A DNA stretch of 15,439 nt from a bacterium (GCA_046758365.1 JBHIAC010000078.1:1-15439); one strand, 5' to 3'; shown: positions 1-9,495, numbered from the stretch's first letter. Numbers and translations: made by a program. The notes: generated from the letters alone by a model not told the origin.

Positions 1-33
1 AACAACTTATTTTTTCCACAGATACAAAGTTTC

Positions 34-789
34 TTAAATCAAATAAAGATTTTTCAGCGCCTCTTGAGCAGCTTTTTGTTCAGCTAACTTTTTGCTGTTT
101 GCGGTTCCCACACCAAGAACGTCATTCTGAATTTTTACTTCAACGGTAAATTCTTTTTGATGGTCAGGGCCATTAACAGACTGGATATGATAATAAGGTA
201 ATCCTAAACTTTGACTTTGGGCATATTCCAAAAGTATACTCTTAAAATTTCTATGCAGTTCTTGTGAAACAATGTCGTCAAAATTATAAAATATCTTTTG
301 TTCTATGAATTCCTTCGCCTTTTCCAATCCACCATCGAGATAAATAGCACCAATGATAGCTTCCATAGCATCCGAAATGATAGAAGCGCGATATCTTCCC
401 CCTGACTTTTCTTCCGAATCGCTTATCAAAATATATTTGCCTAATTCCATAGCCCGAGCGATGCGGGCCAAAATCCTTCGACTTACTATTAAGGATTTAA
501 TACTGGTTAATTCGCCTTCTTCTTTGTGCGGATAATATTCGTAAAGAAATTCTACCACTACCAATGCCAAAACTGCGTCGCCAAGGAGTTCTAACCGTTC
601 ATTTGAATGGATTCTTTCTTCTTGAGTTAAAGGCAGATAAGATCTATGCTTTAACGCTTGGACAAAAAGCTGTTCATTTTTAAAATTATATCCAAGGGTT
701 TGCTTTAAAGAGGTAAAATTTATTTGAGGAGCTTTTACTTTGGGTGTTGACAATAGATTTTTAAATGGAAGCTTAATCCAGTTGAGCAT
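34..789 (-). CDS. rnc: Ribonuclease III
   Basis: Signature NERLELLGDAVL, SDAMEAIIGAIYLDGG and C-terminal dsRBD (GPDHQKEF, SKKLAEQKAA). The ATG at 789 is preferred to the in-frame TTG at 804; start uncertain. Confidence 0.96.
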   Translation of the reverse strand: MLNWIKLPFKNLLSTPKVKAPQINFTSLKQTLGYNFKNEQLFVQALKHRSYLPLTQEERIHSNERLELLGDAVLALVVVEFLYEYYPHKEEGELTSIKSLIVSRRILARIARAMELGKYILISDSEEKSGGRYRASIISDAMEAIIGAIYLDGGLEKAKEFIEQKIFYNFDDIVSQELHRNFKSILLEYAQSQSLGLPYYHIQSVNGPDHQKEFTVEVKIQNDVLGVGTANSKKLAEQKAAQEALKNLYLI

Positions 790-816
790 ACCTAAGCGGT
801 ACAATGTTAGTAATTT

Positions 817-2073
817 TTATTCTACAAACTTTTTAACTACAATTGATACATTATGTCCCCCAAAACCAAATGAATTAGAAATCGCTGCTCTAACTTCTCT
901 TATTTTTAGTTCATTAGCTGTATAATTTAAATCACACTCAGGATCGGGAACCTCTTGATTAATGGTGGGATGAATTATATCTTCTTTTATAGACATCACT
1001 GTGGTAATAAATTCTACTCCTCCCGATGCTCCCAATAAGTGCCCTATCATAGATTTGGTTGAATTGATATTCAATTCATAAGCATGATCTCCAAATACAC
1101 TTTTGATGGCTAGCGTTTCTGCTATATCACCATGAGGAGTAGAAGTTCCATGAGAGTTTATATAATCGATATTCACTGGTTCTAAATTAGCATCTTTTAG
1201 AGCAAGTTGCATGGCCCCGATAGCTCCTTGGCCGCCAGGGGCTGGGGCTGTGATATGATAAGCATCTGCAGTATATCCGATCCCCGCAACCTCCCCGTAA
1301 ATTGTAGCACCCCGTTTGTTCGCATGTTCCAGGCTTTCAAGCACTACAATTCCAGCCCCCTCTCCCATAACGAAGCCATCCCTTTCATTATCAAATGGGC
1401 GACTTGCTTTATGAGGGGCTTCGTTTCTGGTAGAGAGAGCTTTCATAGCATTGAATCCACCCACGCCTAAGGGGGTAATGGCTGCTTCAGCTCCGCCACA
1501 GATCATGACATCTGCGTCTTCACGCTGTATATTTCTAAAAGCTTCACCAAGGGCGTGTGAGCTAGAAGCACATGCAGAAACAATAGAAAAATTGGGGCCC
1601 TTCAATCCGTATCGAATGGAAATATACCCTGGTGCAATATTGGAAATCAGCATGGGAATAAAAAACGGACTGATCCTTTGGGGGCCTTTTTCGATTAATA
1701 TTTTAGACTGTTTCTCAAAAGTCTCCATTCCCCCAATTCCTGAGCTGACAATAACCCCAATACGGTCTTTAGATTCAACATCAAAATTTAAACCTGAGTG
1801 CTTTATGGCTTTCTCAGCAGCGATAATCGCGTATTGGGTGAAGAGGTCCATCCTCCGAGCCTCTTTTCTGTCTAAATAATCATCTGAAGTATAATTTTTC
1901 ACCTCGCCAGCGAATTTCGTATCGAAATCTGTGGTATCGAATTTAGTAATAAAATCAATACCGCTTTCACCAGCAAGTAAGTTTTTCCAAAATTCTTGAA
2001 CTTCAAGGCCTAAAGGCGAAATAACTCCCATGCCTGTTACTACAACTCTTTTTGTTTCAATATTTTTTGTCAT
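817..2073 (-). CDS. fabF: 3-oxoacyl-ACP synthase II
   Basis: RVVVTGMG N-terminus, catalytic SACASS, HGTST, SMIGHLLGA and SNSFGFGG motifs; follows acpP. Confidence 0.97.
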   Translation of the reverse strand: MTKNIETKRVVVTGMGVISPLGLEVQEFWKNLLAGESGIDFITKFDTTDFDTKFAGEVKNYTSDDYLDRKEARRMDLFTQYAIIAAEKAIKHSGLNFDVESKDRIGVIVSSGIGGMETFEKQSKILIEKGPQRISPFFIPMLISNIAPGYISIRYGLKGPNFSIVSACASSSHALGEAFRNIQREDADVMICGGAEAAITPLGVGGFNAMKALSTRNEAPHKASRPFDNERDGFVMGEGAGIVVLESLEHANKRGATIYGEVAGIGYTADAYHITAPAPGGQGAIGAMQLALKDANLEPVNIDYINSHGTSTPHGDIAETLAIKSVFGDHAYELNINSTKSMIGHLLGASGGVEFITTVMSIKEDIIHPTINQEVPDPECDLNYTANELKIREVRAAISNSFGFGGHNVSIVVKKFVE

Positions 2074-2111
2074 ATATTACTACACAACAAATAGACAATT
2101 AAACCATATAT

Positions 2112-2211
2112 GATGTTGGTGCAAAAACAGGATAATTTCAATTTTTAGCAATTGTATGTGTAATATTTATAACTTAAGATTTTTAGCTACTTACCTTTTT
2201 GCATCTCCGTC
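2112..2211. mobile_element. MITE-like dispersed repeat, copy 1 (acpP-fabF spacer)
   Basis: Imperfect terminal IR GATGTTGGTGCAAAAA...TTTTTGCATCTCCGTC, flanked by ATATAT/ATTTAT; both terminal blocks are shared with 6537-6634. Confidence 0.55.
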
Positions 2212-2226
2212 ATTTATTTATTTGAT

Positions 2227-2251
2227 AAAAGTCCCGCCAATTTGACGGCAC
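2227..2251 (-). terminator. Probable intrinsic terminator/attenuator after acpP
   Basis: Minus strand GTGCCGTCA-AAT-TGGCGGGAC (one mismatch, one G-U) followed by TTTT, just after the acpP stop. Confidence 0.45.
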
Positions 2252-2263
2252 GTCCTTTATCTG

Positions 2264-2503
2264 TTATTTTTCTTCTAATTTTTTTTCCAGATATTCAAGA
2301 GCTTGGCCTACTGTGGTCAATTTCTCAGCATCCTCATCAGGAATCTCAATATCGAATTCCTCTTCAAAAGCCATTACGAGTTCAACAGTGTCCAATGAGT
2401 CGGCTCCAAGATCGTCGATAAATGAGGCTTCTTTTGTAACTTCATTTGCATCCACCCCTAATTGTTCAACGATAATCTCTCTCATCTTATCTTCTAATGC
2501 CAT
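2264..2503 (-). CDS. acpP: Acyl carrier protein
   Basis: [20 protein letters not shown] phosphopantetheine motif. Strong SD AGGAGGAGGT (2511-2520) is spaced for the ATG at 2503, not the GTG at 2512. Confidence 0.97.
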   Translation of the reverse strand: MALEDKMREIIVEQLGVDANEVTKEASFIDDLGADSLDTVELVMAFEEEFDIEIPDEDAEKLTTVGQALEYLEKKLEEK

Positions 2504-2596
2504 TGAGTTCACCTCCTCCTTTTTACATAATTTAATTTTTTATTATTAAACATTTTATAAATTAAATAAAATTGAATAATTTACAGGGAGACCCTA

Positions 2597-3340
2597 TTAC
2601 ATAACCATCCCACCATCGACATTAATTACTTGACCAGTAATATAGTCCGCATTTTCTGAGGCCAGAAACGAAACGACAGCAGCCACATCTTCGGGATTTC
2701 CAATTCGACGTAGGGGAATCGTGGCTATCATTTTTTCTCGTACCTCTTGGTCTAAGTTTTGTGTCATAACAGTGTTAATAAAGCCAGGGGCGACTGCATT
2801 GACTTGAATATTTCGTGCTGCTAATTCCTTTGCAACAGATTTAGTCAAGCCAATAACTCCGGCCTTGGAAGCGCAGTAATTTGCTTGACCTGCATTTCCG
2901 ATAATACCCACTACTGAGGCAATATTTATAATTTTACCATGTCTTTGTTTCATGAAAGATTTTGCAGCCGCTCGAATACAATTAAAGGTACCTTTTAAAT
3001 TTACGGCAATTGTTTGCTCCCACTCCTCTTGACTCATTCGTGCTATCAAATTGTCTCGAGTAATACCAGCGTTGTTAACCAGAATGTCGATTTTACCAAA
3101 ATTTTCTAATGTAGTTTTAATCAAGTATTCTACCTCATTATATTCGGAAACATTGACTATCAAATGTAGGGATTTACGCCCCAGTTTTTCGATCTCATTC
3201 GCCACATTTTTTAAGGTTTCTATACTTATGTCTGTAACAACTACATTAGCTCCGTCTTGAGCTAAGCGAAGGGCAATAGCCTTACCAATTCCTCTTGCTG
3301 CTCCGGTTACTATTGCAGCTTTATCTTTTAATGAGTTCAT
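2597..3340 (-). CDS. fabG: 3-oxoacyl-ACP reductase
   Basis: SDR motifs TGAARGIG, NNAGITRD, YCASK and VNAVAPGFI; fab operon context. Confidence 0.96.
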   Translation of the reverse strand: MNSLKDKAAIVTGAARGIGKAIALRLAQDGANVVVTDISIETLKNVANEIEKLGRKSLHLIVNVSEYNEVEYLIKTTLENFGKIDILVNNAGITRDNLIARMSQEEWEQTIAVNLKGTFNCIRAAAKSFMKQRHGKIINIASVVGIIGNAGQANYCASKAGVIGLTKSVAKELAARNIQVNAVAPGFINTVMTQNLDQEVREKMIATIPLRRIGNPEDVAAVVSFLASENADYITGQVINVDGGMVM

Positions 3341-3355
3341 AGTAGAATTATCCTT

Positions 3356-4273
3356 TTAAATTTTTTCCAAGTTTTCTAAATTACTTACGGCTATTCCTAC
3401 GACCTCTCTATTAATTCTTTTTAAAAGACCTGTTAGAACATTTCCTGGTCCTATTTCATAAAATTCAGTCGTTCCATGACTTATCATATTTTCAATTATT
3501 TCAACCCAGCGAACCGGTTTGGTAAGTTGTTCTCGTAAATAATATTTTACAGCTTCAGGTTTTGTAACGGGATTAGCGTCCACATTAGTGTAAACAGGGA
3601 AACTTGCTTCCTTTAACTCAATTTCATTAAGTACCTTCTCTAAACCTTCACGGGCGTTCTGCATTAAAGGGGAATGAAACGCGCCACTTACCACAAGAGG
3701 AATTACTTTTTTTGCTCCGTGTTCTTTTGCTAGTTCCATGGCTTTTTTTACACCATTGATAGAGCCTGAAATAACAATTTGGACTGGAGAGTTAAAATTT
3801 GCAACTTGAACCATTCCAAAGACACTCGCTTCATTACATACACGTTTTACTGTTTCTGTTTCTAGACCAACGACCGCTGCCATGGTACCCGGATTCAATT
3901 CACCAGCCTTTTGCATTAACTCTGCCCGAGTTTTAACTAACTTCAACCCATCTTCAAAAGTCAATACTCCGGCGGCATACAATGCTGAATATTCTCCCAG
4001 GCTGTGACCCGCTGCCATGTCCGGACTAATTGTCTTTTTCCTCAAAAGTTGAATAAGGCTTGCACTATGAACAAAAATGGCGGGTTGTGTAATTCGAGTC
4101 TGTTTAAGGATATCTTCAGGACCCTCGAATGAGATTTTGACTAAATCAAATCTCAAAATCTCATTGGCCTTATTATAGACTTCCTTTACTTCTTTGAAAT
4201 TTTCATAAAGGTCCTTGGCCATACCCACAAATTGCGAGCCCTGGCCTGGAAAAATAAAGGCTTTATTACTAAT
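3356..4273 (-). CDS. fabD: Malonyl-CoA:ACP transacylase (start extended to ATT at 4273)
   Basis: GHSLGEY, TQPAI and SGAFHS motifs. The conserved N-terminal AFIFPGQGSQ is in frame upstream of the ORF-track start at 4228. SD GAGGAG precedes the ATT. Confidence 0.95.
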   Translation of the reverse strand: MSNKAFIFPGQGSQFVGMAKDLYENFKEVKEVYNKANEILRFDLVKISFEGPEDILKQTRITQPAIFVHSASLIQLLRKKTISPDMAAGHSLGEYSALYAAGVLTFEDGLKLVKTRAELMQKAGELNPGTMAAVVGLETETVKRVCNEASVFGMVQVANFNSPVQIVISGSINGVKKAMELAKEHGAKKVIPLVVSGAFHSPLMQNAREGLEKVLNEIELKEASFPVYTNVDANPVTKPEAVKYYLREQLTKPVRWVEIIENMISHGTTEFYEIGPGNVLTGLLKRINREVVGIAVSNLENLEKI

Positions 4274-4294
4274 TTTCTCCTCTTCCGAAAAATA

Positions 4295-5284
4295 TTACAT
4301 TCTGATAACTGCCGAACCCCAGGTAAAACCACCGCCAAAGGCGACCATGAGACAAACATCACCTGGATTGAGAAGGCCCTTTTGCTTGGCCTCGGTTATG
4401 GCTACCGGAATTGAAGCGGCTGAAGTATTGCCATATTCATGGATATTTATATAAACTTTTTCTAGTGGTACTTTTAATTTGCGAGCCGTGGCCTTTATTA
4501 TTCTTATATTGGCCTGGTGTGGAATCAACAAATCAATATCATCAGGCGATAATCCAGTTTTTTCCAATATATGAGCGGCCGCATCTCCCATGGCCATGAC
4601 CGCAGCTTTAAAAACCTCAGGACCCTCCATTTTAATATAATTCAAATTTTCGTTCATAACAACCGAGAGAGGAAATCGCGTACCGCCACCAGGCCTCCAA
4701 AGCAAATGGCCCAATCGTCCATCAGTTTTTATGTAGGTACCCAGAACTCCACGTCCCTCAGCATTTGATGGCCCAAGAACTGCGGCACCGGCTGCATCTC
4801 CAAATAGAACACACGTTGTACGGTCGGTCCAATCAACTATTCTGGATAAAACTTCACTTCCAATAATGAGGACATTTTTACTCTGTCCTGTACCAATAAA
4901 GCCATCAGCAACACTTAGGGCAAAAATAAAACCAGAACAAGTTGCCTGAATATCAAAAGCTGCTGCATTAACGGCGCCAATCTTTTGTTGTACATAGCAC
5001 GCTGTGGAGGGGAAACTCACATCGCCAGTAATTGTCCCAACGATGATGGTATCCAACTCAATCGCTTTCATACCTGCCTCATCCAAAGCTTTTAAAGCAG
5101 CCTCCGTACAAAGGTCGGAATTTTGAATTTTATCATCCACAATATGGCGTTTCTGAATACCCGTACGCTCTCGGATCCAGGCATCGCTGGTATCTACCAT
5201 TTTCTCTAAATCTAAATTGGTTAAAGTTTTTCCCGGGATCGCTGAACCAATGCCTTTAATCATTGAATTAATTTTTTGCTCCAA
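4295..5284 (-). CDS. fabH: 3-oxoacyl-ACP synthase III
   Basis: Cys-His-Asn triad motifs ATCSGF, HQAN and YGNTS. TTG start after GGAGGAG; overlaps the plsX 3' end by 17 nt. Confidence 0.96.
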   Translation of the reverse strand: MEQKINSMIKGIGSAIPGKTLTNLDLEKMVDTSDAWIRERTGIQKRHIVDDKIQNSDLCTEAALKALDEAGMKAIELDTIIVGTITGDVSFPSTACYVQQKIGAVNAAAFDIQATCSGFIFALSVADGFIGTGQSKNVLIIGSEVLSRIVDWTDRTTCVLFGDAAGAAVLGPSNAEGRGVLGTYIKTDGRLGHLLWRPGGGTRFPLSVVMNENLNYIKMEGPEVFKAAVMAMGDAAAHILEKTGLSPDDIDLLIPHQANIRIIKATARKLKVPLEKVYINIHEYGNTSAASIPVAITEAKQKGLLNPGDVCLMVAFGGGFTWGSAVIRM

Positions 5285-6293
5285 TTTTCTCCTCCCTCAT
5301 GCCTAACAGTTCATTACTGATTTGTTCATTTATTCGTTGATCGATCATCATTTCAGCCTCTTTTACAGCATTTTTTATTGCTTTAGGCGTGGAACTTCCA
5401 TGGCAAATAATGCACGTTCCATTTATCCCCAGTAGTGGAGCACCACCATATTCTTCATAATCATAAATTTTGCGCAGTCTTTCAAATGTAGGTTTTAGAA
5501 GAAAAGCACCAATATTGGAAAAAACCTTTTTGCCTATTTTTCGTTTCAAAGTCTTCGAATAAGCACCATTAATGCTTTCTGCAAATTTAAGCACAATATT
5601 GCCCACAAATCCTTCGCAAACAATCACCTCAACATTACCACTTAAAACATCCCGGCCTTCAATATTTCCTACAAAATTGAGCCCACTTAGGGTAAGCAGT
5701 TTATAGGCTTTTTGAATAACATCGTTTCCTTTGCTTTCTTCCTTTCCAATATTTAAAAGCGCAATTTTGGGTTTAGGTATATCCAACACATTTTTCATAT
5801 AAATGCTACCCATAACGCCAAATTGAAGAAGATGAAAAGGTTTACAATCCAAATTAGCCCCAATATCAATCAGCATGGAAACGCCCTGTCCATGGGGGAT
5901 TAAGGAGCCAATGGCCGGCCGCTTAACTTCTTGGATCCTTCCTAAATAAAGCATAGCAGAAGCCATGGCTGCTCCCGTATGCCCTGCACTAATCACCGCA
6001 TCTACCTCTCTATTTTTATGTAATTCCATAGCTACGATTATCGAAGCATTGGGCTTTTTTCTCAAAGCAGACATCGGCGAATCTGCCATCTCAATTTTTT
6101 GCGTGGCATGATGAATAGAAATAGGTAATTCATGAATTCTAAAATGGTGGGAAAGATATGTTTGGATTACAGATTCATATCCAACAAATACCACCTCATA
6201 TTTACCTTTCCCGTGCCTGACGGCTTCAACACCTCCATGTATAATAGCTTCTGGGGCATAATCTCCACCCATGGCATCAATAGCGATTTTCAT
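5268..6293 (-). CDS. plsX: Phosphate acyltransferase PlsX
   Basis: MKIAIDAMGGDYAP, SAGHTGA, GNIEGRD, YGGAPLLG and CHGSS motifs. Confidence 0.97.
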   Translation of the reverse strand: MKIAIDAMGGDYAPEAIIHGGVEAVRHGKGKYEVVFVGYESVIQTYLSHHFRIHELPISIHHATQKIEMADSPMSALRKKPNASIIVAMELHKNREVDAVISAGHTGAAMASAMLYLGRIQEVKRPAIGSLIPHGQGVSMLIDIGANLDCKPFHLLQFGVMGSIYMKNVLDIPKPKIALLNIGKEESKGNDVIQKAYKLLTLSGLNFVGNIEGRDVLSGNVEVIVCEGFVGNIVLKFAESINGAYSKTLKRKIGKKVFSNIGAFLLKPTFERLRKIYDYEEYGGAPLLGINGTCIICHGSSTPKAIKNAVKEAEMMIDQRINEQISNELLGMREEKIGAKN

Positions 6294-6415
6294 AAGTATT
6301 TCTCCAATCTAAAAGGCCCCCGAATTCCTAAGCATAACATCCTATTTATGATATTATCAATCAAATCTTTGTTTTTTTTACAAAGAAATTGCATATATCC
6401 AGGAATAATATATTG

Positions 6416-6489
6416 GGATTGTTGCATTGTTCCATTGTTGAATTGTTAGTCAGGGCCAACAGTAGAACAATGGAACAATAGAACAATCC
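6416..6489. repeat. Inverted array of ATTGTTNN octamers forming a long hairpin
   Basis: Four ATTGTT at 8-nt period (6418, 6426, 6434, 6442), a short loop, then four AACART (6458, 6466, 6474, 6482), closed by GG/CC. Confidence 0.85.
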
Positions 6490-6536
6490 GTTTCTCCTTT
6501 GTTGAATTGATAATACTTGCGATTTCGTGGCGCTAA

Positions 6537-6634
6537 GACAATAGTGCAAAAACAGAATAAAATCAACTATATACAAATATAACTTCAATTTTCAACTTTT
6601 GATTATAAGCTATTTACCTTTTTGCACCGACGTC
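6537..6634. mobile_element. MITE-like dispersed repeat, copy 2 (rpmF-plsX spacer)
   Basis: Ends GACAATAGTGCAAAAA...TTTTTGCACCGACGTC; shares GTGCAAAAACAGRATAA..TCAA and AGCTAYTTACCTTTTTGCA....CGTCATTTAT with copy 1. Confidence 0.55.
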
Positions 6635-6646
6635 ATTTATGCTATT

Positions 6647-6829
6647 TTATACTTCTTTAGGAATAAATACGGAACGACCGCTATAATATCCACAATTAGG
6701 ACAAGCACGATGAGGCATTTTGGGTTGATGACAATGAGAACATTCAACTACATTCGGCGCTGTAATTTTCCAATGTGTTCTTCTTTTATCTCTTCGAGAT
6801 TTAGAATGTCTTCTTTTTGGTAATGGCAA
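6647..6829 (-). CDS. rpmF: 50S ribosomal protein L32 (zinc-ribbon type)
   Basis: MPLPKRRHSKSRRDKRR, CSHC...HRACPNCGYY; TTG start. Confidence 0.97.
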   Translation of the reverse strand: MPLPKRRHSKSRRDKRRTHWKITAPNVVECSHCHQPKMPHRACPNCGYYSGRSVFIPKEV

Positions 6830-6869
6830 TATTCCCTCTCCTTTACTTGATTGCTTTAACTTTTTTTCT

Positions 6870-7370
6870 TTAAGTCAGAAGTTTTTTTAAAGCCTCCCAC
6901 CGAGGATCAATATCTTCATGGACACACTGACAATCCCCTTCGTTTAAATTTGCACCGCATGTTTGGCACAATCCTTTACAATCATCAGAGCAAACAACTT
7001 TCATCGGAACAGCTAAAAGTAAACTTTCTCGCACATCAGAGGTTAAATCAATCTCGTATGTATTAGCATTAATAAATCTAATTTTTTCATCATCTTCATA
7101 TTTAGTGGAATCCATATCAAATGTGTATAAAAGCGAAAAATCATCTAGCAGAATTTTCTTAAAATTAACTAAACATTTGTCACAAACATAATTTGCCAAG
7201 GTCTTAATGTTAGTAAAGACTAATATATTTTTGTCTTTTTTCTCAACACTGCTTTTAATTTTTATTTCGTTAACAAAAATCTCATTATTTTCAAGATTTA
7301 AAGCCTCTCTTGACGTAATAATCTCGTATGTGTGAATACCATTATTAAGGTTTTGAATGTTAATTTTCAT
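6870..7370 (-). CDS. yceD: DUF177/YceD family protein
   Basis: CDKCL, CSDDCKGLCQTCGANLN and DPRWEALKKL motifs; canonical position upstream of rpmF. Confidence 0.92.
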   Translation of the reverse strand: MKINIQNLNNGIHTYEIITSREALNLENNEIFVNEIKIKSSVEKKDKNILVFTNIKTLANYVCDKCLVNFKKILLDDFSLLYTFDMDSTKYEDDEKIRFINANTYEIDLTSDVRESLLLAVPMKVVCSDDCKGLCQTCGANLNEGDCQCVHEDIDPRWEALKKLLT

Positions 7371-7395
7371 TATAGGTATCCATTTTTAAAAGTCT

Positions 7396-7424
7396 AATAT
7401 AATTAATATTTTGTCAATAGTCAA
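7396..7424 (-). promoter_or_regulatory. Putative sigma-70 promoter of the yceD-rpmF-plsX-fab operon
   Basis: Minus strand TTGACT-N17-TATATT, ending 25 nt upstream of the yceD ATG. Confidence 0.6.
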
Positions 7425-7526
7425 GTTAAAAATGGCTGCCTTAGTTTAACTTAGATTGGATATTTCTCGCTATCAACCTACTCATTTATCAATTAATTTA
7501 TGTATCAACGAGAAAAAATTCTAACA

Positions 7527-7982
7527 TCATTTTTCGGCTCGATATTTATCTAACCAATATCCAGACTCAAGAAGCTCAGCCAGTTGAGTGGCTAATTGCC
7601 GACCTTCATCCCTAGATGCAAATTGTCCAATCCTAACTCGAAACCAAGTTTCATTTCGGTCTGCTAAGTAGGCCTTCTGAATGTAAGCATCATAGCCTTG
7701 ATTAATAAAACGCTGAGCATCACGTTCGGCATTCTTGCGTTTCCGCCAAGAAGACACTTGCACCGTGTATCGCCCCGCCTCGGTTTCCACAATTTGAATA
7801 GGTTCTTGTTTAACTCTTTTTTGTACTTCTGCCAAGGAATCAGCTTCGGCCTGAACTTTGGTAGTATCAGATAATTGAATTGATTCCGATGCTACCGGTT
7901 CTTTCTCTCCGCTTTCTTTGCTTCTGCAAGCAAAAAGAAAAAAAACTAAAAGCAGAGGCAAGCAAAAATAATATTTAAACAT
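7527..7982 (-). CDS. SPOR-domain lipoprotein (peptidoglycan binding)
   Basis: Hydrophobic signal ending in lipobox-like LFAC, charged linker, SPOR-like YTVQVSSW...WFRVRIGQF; SD AAGGAGG. Confidence 0.82.
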   Translation of the reverse strand: MFKYYFCLPLLLVFFLFACRSKESGEKEPVASESIQLSDTTKVQAEADSLAEVQKRVKQEPIQIVETEAGRYTVQVSSWRKRKNAERDAQRFINQGYDAYIQKAYLADRNETWFRVRIGQFASRDEGRQLATQLAELLESGYWLDKYRAEK

Positions 7983-7999
7983 CTTTTGCCTCCTTCAAG

Positions 8000-8428
8000 T
8001 TAATTAGGATTATTGTCCAACAACTCTTTTTCAAAGAAAAAGAAGGAAATTTCCATTTTTGCATTTTCAGGTGAATCCGATCCATGGACAATATTATATT
8101 GTTTGCTTTCAGCAAAATCTTTGCGAATAGTTCCTGCTTCTGCTGCTGCCGGATCTGTGGCCCCTATTAATTTTCGGAACTCGGCTACTGCATTATTCTT
8201 CTCTAAAACCAGCACCACAGATTTGTCGGTGGACATAAATTGGACCAAATCGCTGTAAAATGGCCTTTCTCGATGAACGGCATAAAAAGCGCCAGCCGTA
8301 TCTTTGGTCAATCGAACCATTTTCATTGCAAGAATTTTAAATCCAGCATGTTCTATTCTATCAAGTACTTTTCCCATTAATTTTCTGCCAACACAATCTG
8401 GTTTCAAAATAGCTAAAGTACGTTCCAC
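8000..8428 (-). CDS. ndk: Nucleoside diphosphate kinase
   Basis: [19 protein letters not shown] and catalytic [11 protein letters not shown] start. Confidence 0.97.
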   Translation of the reverse strand: MERTLAILKPDCVGRKLMGKVLDRIEHAGFKILAMKMVRLTKDTAGAFYAVHRERPFYSDLVQFMSTDKSVVLVLEKNNAVAEFRKLIGATDPAAAEAGTIRKDFAESKQYNIVHGSDSPENAKMEISFFFFEKELLDNNPN

Positions 8429-8457
8429 AAGAGTCTCTCCTTTTTCCTACTTATTAT

Positions 8458-9330
8458 TTAACTTAAAACATTTTGCATAGTTGACCCGATTTCAGCAGGG
8501 CTTTCGGCCACATGAACCCCCGCCTTTTGAAGAATTTCGATTTTCTCTTTGGCTGTGCCTTCGCTGCCAGAAATGATGGCTCCCGCATGTCCCATGCGGC
8601 GTCCGGGTGGAGCTGTTCTCCCGGCCACAAATGCAACAACAGGTTTACCAAAATTTTCCTTTATATAAACCGCAGCTTCTTGCTCGGCCGTCCCACCAAT
8701 TTCTCCGATTATCACAACCGCTTCTGTGCCTGAATCTTCTTTAAAAAGTTTCAAAGCATCGGTGAACGTTGTTCCAATAATCGGATCCCCACCAATACCG
8801 ATGCACGTTGACTGTCCGATGTCTAAATCACTCAATTGCTTCACGGCTTCATAAGTTAAAGTGCCACTACGTGAAATAAGTCCCACTTTTCCGGGCCTGT
8901 GAATGAACCCAGGCATAATACCTATTTTGCACTTATCTGGCGAAATAACGCCTGGACAGTTTGGACCTACCAAACGAGTATCTCTATTTTTTAAATAATG
9001 AACAACGTCTACCATATCCAAAGTTGGAATGCCTTCGGTGATACAAACAACCAATCCTATGCCAGCATCTGCCGCTTCCATGATTGCATCCGCTGCGAAG
9101 GGAGGTGGCACAAAGACCGCAGATGCATTGGCACCCTCCTTTTCAACGGCTTCGGCTATTGTATTAAAAATGGGGATTGTATCATCGAATTTTTGCCCCC
9201 CCTTGCCAGGCACAACGCCTGCAACCACATTAGTTCCATATTCTATCATCTGCCTAGTATGGAAAGAACCTTCACTTCCAGTGATTCCTTGAACCACGAC
9301 CCGCGTATTTTCACCAACTAAAATACTCAA
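8458..9330 (-). CDS. sucD: Succinyl-CoA synthetase alpha subunit
   Basis: [23 protein letters not shown] and phospho-His motif MGHAGA. Likely start TTG at 9330 (MSILV) after SD AAGGAG; the ORF-track extension to 9381 is unlikely. Confidence 0.97.
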   Translation of the reverse strand: MSILVGENTRVVVQGITGSEGSFHTRQMIEYGTNVVAGVVPGKGGQKFDDTIPIFNTIAEAVEKEGANASAVFVPPPFAADAIMEAADAGIGLVVCITEGIPTLDMVDVVHYLKNRDTRLVGPNCPGVISPDKCKIGIMPGFIHRPGKVGLISRSGTLTYEAVKQLSDLDIGQSTCIGIGGDPIIGTTFTDALKLFKEDSGTEAVVIIGEIGGTAEQEAAVYIKENFGKPVVAFVAGRTAPPGRRMGHAGAIISGSEGTAKEKIEILQKAGVHVAESPAEIGSTMQNVLS

Positions 9331-9351
9331 TTTTGATCTCCTTCTATTTTG

Positions 9352-9495
9352 GGTTTTGATGCAAAAAGCTAACCTTCCCATAATTTAAGGTTTAGTCTGC
9401 TTTTAATTAATTAGAGTAACCGATTGAAAATCAAACCATTTTACATTTTTTAAGAAGGTTAGCTTTTGAATTATTCCGCTTTTTGCAGTAGACTC
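9352..9495. mobile_element. MITE-like dispersed repeat, copy 3 (inverted, sucC-sucD spacer)
   Basis: GATGCAAAAAGCTAA...TTGAATTATTCCGCTTTTTGCAGTAGACTC resembles the reverse complement of copies 1 and 2; flanked by direct repeat ATTTTG; internal 14-bp perfect IR at 9364-9377/9454-9467. Confidence 0.5.

Noticed and set aside
6361..6588. 75-aa minus-strand ORF in the rpmF-plsX spacer
   Set aside because: It runs through MITE-like copy 2 and the octamer hairpin, has no SD, and its sequence (NNSTMEQCNN) is repeat-derived.
9331..9381. 17-aa N-terminal extension of SucD in the ORF track
   Set aside because: The family starts at MSILV, the SD sits before the TTG at 9330, and the extension starts inside the repeat element.
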